DNA of 64,000 nucleotides, taken from positions 3,914 to 67,913 of the forward strand of contig DAISYU010000002.1 in the NCBI GenBank assembly GCA_036825155.1, read 5' to 3'. This stretch comes from Thermodesulfobacteriota bacterium (GTDB taxonomy: Bacteria; Desulfobacterota; Desulfomonilia; UBA1062). Below, in pieces: positions 39,242 to 48,486 of this stretch. The notes beneath the pieces were generated by a model that saw only the letters and a program-made list of their open reading frames with translations, was not told the origin of the DNA and did not search any database. How positions within the stretch are numbered: the stretch's first letter is position 1; each line of letters begins with the position of its first letter. The translations under genes and the position numbers were made by a program.

Positions 39242-39748
39242 ATGCTGCCGGAGATTAAAAAGATTCTCTATGTAACCGATCTATCAAAAAATTCAGCCTA
39301 TGCCTTTCGCTATGCCATCAGTTATGCAGACAAATACGATTCAGAAATCTATATTATTCATATTATAGAAGAAATGGGACCAACAGCACGATCCCTGATC
39401 GACTCGTTCGTTGGAGAAGCTCATCACGAAAAGATTATCAAAGACTCTATCAAGAGGATAAAAAAACGCCTGGAGATATTTTATGCAAAGCACCAGGAAG
39501 AGTTTCCGGACTGCTCTGTGAAGGTGAAAGCCATTGATGTCTATGAGGGGTATCCAGCCGATGAGATCCTCAAGAAAGCCAAAGAGTTGAAGTGTGATAT
39601 GATCGTGATGGGCTCTCACGGCAGAGAAACCAGAGCTTATGCATTATTAGGGACCGTGTCCAGAATGATCGTGGGACTGGCGAGAGTCCCGGTCTGTGTA
39701 ATACCGCTGCCCGAGGAAGAGATAGATATTACAGTCCATGACATTTAA
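39242..39748 (+). CDS. universal stress protein (UspA family)
   Basis: 168 aa with a Usp fold pattern (ILYVTDLS...IYIIHII...MIVMGSHGR). Confidence 0.8.
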   Translation: MLPEIKKILYVTDLSKNSAYAFRYAISYADKYDSEIYIIHIIEEMGPTARSLIDSFVGEAHHEKIIKDSIKRIKKRLEIFYAKHQEEFPDCSVKVKAIDVYEGYPADEILKKAKELKCDMIVMGSHGRETRAYALLGTVSRMIVGLARVPVCVIPLPEEEIDITVHDI

Positions 39749-39767
39749 TGGTACTCCCCGCCGCAAT

Positions 39768-40601
39768 CTATAATAAACCTCGATCGCAGAGCACCTGACG
39801 CATAGTGGTGAACGTAAAATCACGGATCAGGCGGGAAAACCTCTTATGTGCATGAGAGATCCCGATATAGGTCCTGAACCTTGATTTGGCTGACATGCCC
39901 GGTATTCTCGGTATGTGAGGATTGAGTTCCCACGGGTGTATATAGAAAACAAACGGCTCATTTCTCTTCTCAAGGACGGACAGTGCCATCTTCGTGAGGG
40001 CATACGGCAGAAGGCGAAAATATCCTCCCCCTGATATGGGAAGGTTGCAGACCCCCACCTTCAGTGTGGAGATTGGGAATTCTGCCAGGGATCTGCCTTC
40101 AAGCTTGTGCGGCAGCCTGGGGGCATCGGGGATGCCGTAGTTGTCATGGTAGATGGGAAAGATGCTCGAATCATATTGAAATCCGAGTTCTTCAAGAACA
40201 TCAAGTGCCCAGAGTGTCTTCTTTGTGATTGAATACGTGGGGGCACGGTATCCGATAACCTGCTCGCCGATAGTGTCTTCAAGGACCGTCTTCGCCTTTT
40301 CCACATCTTTGCGGAAGGACTGCCGGTCCTGATTATAGATGACCTGGTGTGAATACCCGTGACACGCTATTTCGTGGCCTCGGGAGTGAATCTCTCTGAT
40401 GAGGGCAGGGTGGCGGCCGGCAACCCACCCGAGACAGAAGAACGTGGCAACAACCCCCCTGGATTCAAGCTCTGCTAAAACCTTATTCGTATTCTGCTCG
40501 ATTGATGGAGAGAATGTCTCCCATGACTCGGGGGCGATAACGTCAGAGAGTGCATGGATCTGGAAAAATTCTTCAAGATCAATACTCAGCGCATGTCTCA
40601 T
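39768..40601 (-). CDS. polysaccharide deacetylase family protein (NodB-like with DUF3473-type C-terminus)
   Basis: 277 aa with NodB-like motifs (ATFFCLGW..., EIACHGYSH) and a C-terminal extension. Confidence 0.65.
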   Translation of the reverse strand: MRHALSIDLEEFFQIHALSDVIAPESWETFSPSIEQNTNKVLAELESRGVVATFFCLGWVAGRHPALIREIHSRGHEIACHGYSHQVIYNQDRQSFRKDVEKAKTVLEDTIGEQVIGYRAPTYSITKKTLWALDVLEELGFQYDSSIFPIYHDNYGIPDAPRLPHKLEGRSLAEFPISTLKVGVCNLPISGGGYFRLLPYALTKMALSVLEKRNEPFVFYIHPWELNPHIPRIPGMSAKSRFRTYIGISHAHKRFSRLIRDFTFTTMRQVLCDRGLL

Positions 40602-41260
40602 GGTGTCTACTATAGTATTTTTTAAAAGGCTAAGGCAACAAAACTATAGCCATTATGAAAATTATTGCCTCTCCCAGAGAACTCTGCAGCCTCACTCTCA
40701 CGACATGACAATCTGAACCGAACAGGAAAGTCTCAAAACCGCACAGGGAACCATTCCGAAATCAGGACACCACGGTCGGCCGCTTCGAATATCCTTCATA
40801 GTGGACATGTTCAGGATCAGATCCCCATTTCATTACGGAAAGAATCTCGGCATTGCGGTCATTTTTTTCACGAAAATGATTGATGATTCATTCAAAATGG
40901 TATACATGATTCAGGGTTACATCACTCTTTCTGGTGTACGGGAAAAGGGTGAGCACTATGAATTGCCTGCCCGGTTATAATTGTTGACAGGCACTTGATT
41001 GTTTTTGGAGTTTCTCTTTGGGTTGAGCTTCACAACTGGCTTGGGTAACATATCTGTAGAACACATGACGGTTTCATGGCAAAGCAAGTAATCATGACAT
41101 TGTACGACCTCTTATCAAACATACGGCATCATCGGATAAGATGTCATTTGAGGGCAATTCTTCGCGCCCATTCAACGAAAATATTTCGTATTGAGAAAAG
41201 GTCTTCTTTGGCAATCCACGAAAGATATCAGGCATCTTAAGAAAAAACAAGGAGGATGAA

Positions 41261-43057
<1,797 letters not shown>

Positions 43058-43060
43058 TGA

Positions 43061-43081
43061 GCTGCAATTATAAATTGCAGC
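43061..43081 (+). terminator. hairpin immediately after the fadD-like gene
   Basis: GCTGCAATT-ata-AATTGCAGC, a 9-bp perfect stem 4 nt after the stop, with a weak T-tract. Confidence 0.3.
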
Positions 43082-43124
43082 TTGAAAAATTTACACAATT
43101 GTATATTTATGTTTTGTAGTACAT

Positions 43125-43160
43125 AATAATGGGAAGGGTAATCTTACCCTTCCCATTATT
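43125..43160. promoter_or_regulatory. 36-bp perfect palindrome (17-bp arms, 2-nt centre) directly upstream of the RBS of ORF 43175
   Basis: AATAATGGGAAGGGTAA-tc-TTACCCTTCCCATTATT, then the CAGGAGGA SD and the ATG at 43175. Confidence 0.45.
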
Positions 43161-43174
43161 CAGGAGGATTTTTA

Positions 43175-43639
43175 ATGTCTTCTTTATGCGAGACCTGCAA
43201 ATCACGGACATACTGCTTCACACTCAATTTTCGTATTTTTCAATCACTTGGATTTACTTTTAATCTTGATGAATGCCCCCTCTATGAACGTGATCCCAGT
43301 TGTATCCATGGAGATGATCAGCTCGAAGATGAGAGCGAACAGCCGGAAGAGGGATATACACTCGACAATGAGGAAACCTTCGAGATCAATGCTGAGATCA
43401 CAGTTCAATGCAGGATGAAAGAGTTTGAGTTAGGCGCAATCAAACCAAAAAGCTGCAACCAACTGAAGCGGTTGAGTATTATGATCGACAGGGAAAGTCT
43501 GCAGAGTGAACTCAGGAAGATCATCAACCGTGAGATCAGGAACAAACTGGGTAGCCAGGGCAAGGATTCGGTGATGCGTGAAGATGCAAAGACCAACATC
43601 GAGGTGCCATTGATCTTCTCGAACTGGATCCTCAATTGA
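43175..43639 (+). CDS. hypothetical Cys-rich protein
   Basis: 154 aa with N-terminal CETCKSRTYC...DECP...CIH, an acidic linker and a charged C-terminal half. Good SD, no recognised family. Confidence 0.4.
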   Translation: MSSLCETCKSRTYCFTLNFRIFQSLGFTFNLDECPLYERDPSCIHGDDQLEDESEQPEEGYTLDNEETFEINAEITVQCRMKEFELGAIKPKSCNQLKRLSIMIDRESLQSELRKIINREIRNKLGSQGKDSVMREDAKTNIEVPLIFSNWILN

Positions 43640-43716
43640 AGAAATCGATTACGTACCTCCCTTTGGGTATTGAAACGAGAGTAGTACTTTTTTATGTATT
43701 CGCTTCCTTGAAAAAA

Positions 43717-43760
43717 CAACCCCGGATATCCTGAAAATCAGGGCCGGTTGCGGGTTTTTT
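43717..43760 (+). terminator. GC-rich dyad region ending in T6 (possible terminator between ORF 43175 and the nrdD promoter)
   Basis: AAAAAACAACCCCGG...CAGGGCCGGTTGCGGGTTTTTT. The stem is imperfect. Confidence 0.2.
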
Positions 43761-43798
43761 ACAGTTCCTCATCAATTACTGAATTTCCATTTTTCTCC

Positions 43799-43832
43799 TT
43801 GCAATGCTCTTGAACCGTGCTATATATAGTGC
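43799..43832 (+). promoter_or_regulatory. candidate nrdD promoter (TTGCAA-N16-TATATA) overlapped by NrdR-box-like palindrome GTGCTATATATAGTGC
   Basis: -35-like at 43799-43804 and -10-like at 43821-43826. The 16-mer at 43817-43832 has a CTATATATAG core like the acaCwAtATaTwGtgt consensus. Confidence 0.3.
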
Positions 43833-43878
43833 TTATCATAAATCTTAGCACCACATATAGTATAAATAAGGGGGATCT

Positions 43879-46089
43879 ATGTTTACAAAGATCAGGAAAA
43901 GAGATGGTAGAAGTGCCTCTTTTGACGCATCCAAGATAACTGCAGCGATAGCAAAAGCTGGGAATGCAACCGGAGAGCTGGACCAAAAAGATGCTCATCG
44001 GTTGATGATCAAAGTCTTGACCATAGCCCAGCAAACCATTTCAGAGATCCCCACGGTTGAGGAGATCCAGGATATCGTTGAAGAGGTACTTCTTTCATCT
44101 CCGTACCGATTAACGGCAAAGGCATACATCATCTATCGGGACCAGCACGCCAAGATGCGTGAGATAAAAGCCGGTATGGGTGTTGACCTCATCGATCAAT
44201 ACCTTGAGAAACTTGACTGGAAGGTTAATGAAAACAGCAACATGGCGTTCTCCCTCCAGGGTCTGAACAACTATCTCTCTTCAGAGATAAGCAAGATCTA
44301 CTGGCTCAACAAGATCTACCCACCTGAGGTGAGGAATGCACATATGAACGGGGATTTTCACATCCACGATCTCAACATCATTTCCGTGTACTGCGTGGGA
44401 TGGGACCTCTATGACCTCCTTCTCCAGGGCTTCAGGGGAGCCCACGGGAAAGTGGAAAGCAAGCCGGCCAAACACTTCCGGACCGCCCTTGGCCAGATCG
44501 TCAACTTCTTCTATACACTGCAGGGAGAGGCTGCCGGCGCCCAGGCATTCTCAAATTTCGACACGCTGCTGGCGCCTTTCATCCGTCACGACGGTCTCGA
44601 TTACACCCAGGTCAAACAGGCACTCCAGGAATTCATCTTCAACATCAATGTACCGACCCGGGTAGGCTTCCAGACACCGTTTACCAATGTGACCCTGGAC
44701 CTTGAGGTGCCCTCGTACCTGGCTGACCAGGGGGTGATTATCGGCGGAAAAATGCAGGATACCACCTATAGTGAATACCAGCACGAGATGGAGCTGTTCA
44801 ACAAGGCCTTCGTGGAAGTGATGGCTGAAGGCGATGCGAAGGGCAGGGTGTTCACGTTCCCCATACCCACGTATAATATCACCAGGGATTTCAACTGGGA
44901 CAACCCGCACCTTGCAAACCTCTGGAAGATGACCGCAAAATACGGCGTCCCCTATTTCTCCAATTTCGTCAATTCCGACATGAACCCGGAAGATGCCAGG
45001 AGCATGTGCTGCAGGCTGAGAATCGACAACAGGGAATTGGAGATGCGGGGAGGCGGCCTGTTCGGTTCAAATCCGCTCACCGGATCCATCGGCGTTGTTA
45101 CCATCAACCTGCCGAGACTCGGTTTTCTGAGCAAGGATAGGATCGATTTTATGGAACGACTCGACAATCTCATCACACTCGCCTCTGACAGTCTGGAGAT
45201 CAAGAGAAAGATCCTGGAGACCTTTACCGATACAAACCTCTACCCGTACACGAAATACTATCTCACCGGGATCAAGAACAAATTCAATGAGTACTGGAAG
45301 AATCATTTTTCCACGATCGGCATTATCGGCATGAATGAGGCATGTCTCAATCTCCTGGGCGAGGACATCGGGAGTGAAACGGGAAAAAGCTTTGCCCTGG
45401 ATGTCGCCGACTTCATCCGCATGAGGCTGCTGGAACTCCAGCAATCATCGGGCAACAACTACAACTTCGAAGCAACACCGGCCGAGGGAACATCGTATAG
45501 AATGGCACGGATAGACAAGAACCGTTATCCTGAAATCATATGCGCCAACGAAATCGAATTCCAGAAAGGTTCGGAACCCTATTATACGAACTCATCCCAG
45601 CTTCCGGTAAACTATACCGATGACATCTTCGAGGCCCTGGATCTTCAGGACGATATCCAGACGAAATACACCGGAGGGACGGTACTCCATATCTTTGCGG
45701 GTGAACAGGTGCATGATCCCGGGATCATCAAGGAACTCGTGAAAAAGATATGCCATGGCTACAGGATGCCTTACTTCACCTTCAGCCCGACATTCAGCGT
45801 GTGTCCAAGCCATGGATATATCTCGGGTAATCAGCCCAAATGTCCTGAATGCGGCAGCGATACCGAGGTCTACTCCCGTGTTGTCGGATACCTTCGGCCC
45901 GTGGCTCAGTGGAACAGCGGGAAGAAGGAGGAATTCAGCCAGCGGAAAATGTTCAATGTGGAAAAAGCATTACCCCGCCACGAGAGTATAAAGAGCCAGA
46001 TGTTCAAGGTTGATGTTAACCCTCTCCACAGTTCTCTTGCAGGGCGCAAGATGGTGAACGAACTCGACGAAGCATCATCTTCCCACTGA
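43879..46089 (+). CDS. nrdD: anaerobic ribonucleoside-triphosphate reductase (class III)
   Basis: 736 aa with an N-terminal ATP-cone, a C-terminal Zn-ribbon (CPECGS) and a glycyl-radical region (RVVGYLRP). Confidence 0.9.
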   Translation: MFTKIRKRDGRSASFDASKITAAIAKAGNATGELDQKDAHRLMIKVLTIAQQTISEIPTVEEIQDIVEEVLLSSPYRLTAKAYIIYRDQHAKMREIKAGMGVDLIDQYLEKLDWKVNENSNMAFSLQGLNNYLSSEISKIYWLNKIYPPEVRNAHMNGDFHIHDLNIISVYCVGWDLYDLLLQGFRGAHGKVESKPAKHFRTALGQIVNFFYTLQGEAAGAQAFSNFDTLLAPFIRHDGLDYTQVKQALQEFIFNINVPTRVGFQTPFTNVTLDLEVPSYLADQGVIIGGKMQDTTYSEYQHEMELFNKAFVEVMAEGDAKGRVFTFPIPTYNITRDFNWDNPHLANLWKMTAKYGVPYFSNFVNSDMNPEDARSMCCRLRIDNRELEMRGGGLFGSNPLTGSIGVVTINLPRLGFLSKDRIDFMERLDNLITLASDSLEIKRKILETFTDTNLYPYTKYYLTGIKNKFNEYWKNHFSTIGIIGMNEACLNLLGEDIGSETGKSFALDVADFIRMRLLELQQSSGNNYNFEATPAEGTSYRMARIDKNRYPEIICANEIEFQKGSEPYYTNSSQLPVNYTDDIFEALDLQDDIQTKYTGGTVLHIFAGEQVHDPGIIKELVKKICHGYRMPYFTFSPTFSVCPSHGYISGNQPKCPECGSDTEVYSRVVGYLRPVAQWNSGKKEEFSQRKMFNVEKALPRHESIKSQMFKVDVNPLHSSLAGRKMVNELDEASSSH

Positions 46090-46361
46090 GACATACACCG
46101 GATACCTTGGAGAACATGTTCTCTGAGGTATCCTTCCAGCAACCATCCGCTTGCTACACAGTCAGTTGCGTGGGATATGTTCTGTGACGAGAAATGTTTG
46201 TTTTATACCCCTCTTGATTGTATCTTATTCCATTTTACGAAGCCCCGCAAAAACAACCGGGATCTTTGACACGCTTCGAGGAATTAAGCCGAAGAGATTA
46301 AACCTACATTTTGCAGTCGAATGCGTTTATTATGCTTAATATTCGACTATGGCCTTGTTTT

Positions 46362-46432
46362 GTGGGAGCGGCTTCAGCCGCGATAAAATTTCCAACCCCT
46401 GCAGTAAAAATCACGGCTGAAGCCGCTCCCAC
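46362..46432. terminator. long hairpin (about 19-21-bp GC-rich stem, 33-nt loop) between convergent nrdD and response-regulator genes
   Basis: TGTGGGAGCGGCTTCAGCCG at 46361-46380 is the reverse complement of CGGCTGAAGCCGCTCCCACA at 46414-46433. A T-rich tract follows on the plus strand (GTGTTTATTCTTTAT). Confidence 0.5.
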
Positions 46433-46465
46433 AGTGTTTATTCTTTATCTAATGCAAAATGTGAA

Positions 46466-46843
46466 TTAAACCAGTTCCTGCAGGACCTTTTTCAGTTCTT
46501 CAATCTTAAAAGGCTTACTGATGGCTCCTTTGAATCCGTATTCTGTATAGTTCATAACAACGGGATCGTTGGAATATCCGCTGGAGACGATTGCCGTGAC
46601 TTCGGAGTCCAGCGCAAGAAGGTCCTGTATCGCCTCTTTCCCCCCAAGACCATTTGGAATGGTCAGGTCCATGATAACTACATCAAAGGATTTACCCGAT
46701 TGTGCGGCTTGTTTATATTTCTCTATGGCCTGAACACCGTCGTTTGCAATCTCAACTTCGTATCCCAGAAAATCAAGCATATTGCTCAATACTTCCTGTA
46801 TGATCTCCTCATCATCCATTACCAGTATTCTTCCATTACTCAT
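46466..46843 (-). CDS. single-domain response regulator (CheY-like receiver)
   Basis: 125 aa with LVMDDE and an invariant Asp in VVIMDLTIP, plus a C-terminal Lys (GFKGAISKPF). Confidence 0.8.
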   Translation of the reverse strand: MSNGRILVMDDEEIIQEVLSNMLDFLGYEVEIANDGVQAIEKYKQAAQSGKSFDVVIMDLTIPNGLGGKEAIQDLLALDSEVTAIVSSGYSNDPVVMNYTEYGFKGAISKPFKIEELKKVLQELV

Positions 46844-47050
46844 GGCAGGTTATTACCTCCTAATGCCGGCCCAATCTTCTCAGTCACAGGATCAGGGTAC
46901 AGTGGTGTCGTAGAAATAATGTTAGTATATTAAATCTGCCGTTATACCTCATCTGTCGTTTGAGCGTTATCATACAGGATTAGCCCCATGCTTGACTAGA
47001 GGTTTCTGTATCTAAGAGCACTTGTTGTGTGGTAAAATGATAGACGATCT

Positions 47051-47740
47051 ATGAAAATCGGACATATACAGAAAACATCTCTGATCGAATACCCGGGTAA
47101 AATCAGCGCGATCATCTTCACGCTGGGCTGCAATTTTGCATGCCCTTACTGTCATAACCCTGAACTTGTAGACCCGAAGAGATTTGTCCAGCCTCTTGAT
47201 CAAGATGAAGTCATCGCATTCCTGAAGAAACGCGCCGGACAGCTCGATGCTGTTGTGATTACCGGTGGAGAACCGATGATCCATGCCGATCTCATTGAAT
47301 TCATGAAAACGATCAAAGATATGGGCTACCTCATAAAGCTCGATACAAACGGGACAAGTCCGGATATGCTTACCAAAGCTATCGAAGGGGACATCGTGGA
47401 TTACGTGGCAATGGATATCAAGGCGCCCCTCGAGCGGTATGAGATGGTCACAGGTACTCCCGTGAATACCGATGCCATCAAATCGAGCATAGACCTGATA
47501 ATGAATGCCAGGCTGCCCTATGAGTTCAGAACGACCCTGGTGAGGTCACTTCTGAACCCGGAAGACATCCTTACCATTGGCCGTATGATAAAAGGGGCTC
47601 ACACCTATATACTGCAGCACTTTGTCCCATCAAAACATCTTGATAATGACTTTATTCACGAGAGCTCTTTCACTCAGGAGGAAGTGGCAGACCTGAAAAG
47701 ACAGCTGGATACGCTGGTGAAGACCTGTATTATCCGCTAG
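47051..47740 (+). CDS. nrdG: anaerobic ribonucleoside-triphosphate reductase activating protein (radical SAM)
   Basis: CNFACPYCHNPE radical-SAM cluster motif and NrdG-like length (229 aa). Confidence 0.85.
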   Translation: MKIGHIQKTSLIEYPGKISAIIFTLGCNFACPYCHNPELVDPKRFVQPLDQDEVIAFLKKRAGQLDAVVITGGEPMIHADLIEFMKTIKDMGYLIKLDTNGTSPDMLTKAIEGDIVDYVAMDIKAPLERYEMVTGTPVNTDAIKSSIDLIMNARLPYEFRTTLVRSLLNPEDILTIGRMIKGAHTYILQHFVPSKHLDNDFIHESSFTQEEVADLKRQLDTLVKTCIIR

Positions 47741-48393
47741 AGATATCTTTTCGCCAGTATATGGGCCATACGGACAGGTTCAGGAATCCGATATCTTCCG
47801 GAACACGCCAGGCATATTTCTACAGCAGTTTCGAGACTGGTCCGATGTCCCTGCGAAACAAAAACAGGCTTGATCGAGTCTCTTGTTCTCAGCACGCACC
47901 CTATAATTTCATTGCCCGAGCAGATTGGTGATCTGTCTCCCCGAAAAAGCCCCGGCTCATTGTATAAGCCGAAAAGACGGCTTTTTGCACAGCCGACGGA
48001 TGGGATATCGAGAAATATGCCCATGTGGGTCGCTATGCCGATCCCTCTTGGATGGCAGATGCCCTGGCCGTCGAAAATGAGCAGTTCGGGAAGAGTCTCG
48101 AGCCGCTTATATGCCTGTTCAATGAGAGGTCCTTCTCTGAAGGTGAACAATCCCGGAATATATGGAAAGCCGGTCTCTCCGGAGAAGAACGAGTGGGAGA
48201 GTAATTGCATATCAGGATATGAAAAGACCGTGATAACACAGCAGGCCCTTTTCCCTGATACTTCATATGCAACGTCAACGCCGCCGATACTGATTATCTC
48301 CCGGCATGTGTCCTGACGTACCAGGTATTTTTTCAGAGATTCCTGAATGACATACCCCTCGTCAACTGATACGTTCCATGAATGTCTTCTCAT
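47737..48393 (-). CDS. nfi: endonuclease V (deoxyinosine 3' endonuclease)
   Basis: 218 aa with GGVDVAY...PYIPGLFTFREGP...FDGQGICHPRGIGIATHMG motifs. The convergent 4-nt overlap with nrdG indicates tight packing, not coupling. Confidence 0.8.
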   Translation of the reverse strand: MRRHSWNVSVDEGYVIQESLKKYLVRQDTCREIISIGGVDVAYEVSGKRACCVITVFSYPDMQLLSHSFFSGETGFPYIPGLFTFREGPLIEQAYKRLETLPELLIFDGQGICHPRGIGIATHMGIFLDIPSVGCAKSRLFGLYNEPGLFRGDRSPICSGNEIIGCVLRTRDSIKPVFVSQGHRTSLETAVEICLACSGRYRIPEPVRMAHILAKRYL

Positions 48394-48486
48394 GGAAGAA
48401 TTCTAGCAAAAGGGGTGGAACGGATAAAGATAGAAATTCACACGATCAGATCTTGTTCGTGCAGGATTCTTCTGTGCGAATGAACC

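Noticed and set aside
40602-41260. Riboswitch or tRNA in the long fadD-upstream spacer
   Set aside because: No T-loop GGTTCGA, no conserved riboswitch cores (TPP, SAM, cobalamin, glycine, FMN) and no extended stem structures were recognisable by eye.
46151-46339. 62-aa ORF between nrdD and the long hairpin
   Set aside because: It has no SD and odd composition. It lies in a region better explained as the 3' UTR and terminator structure.
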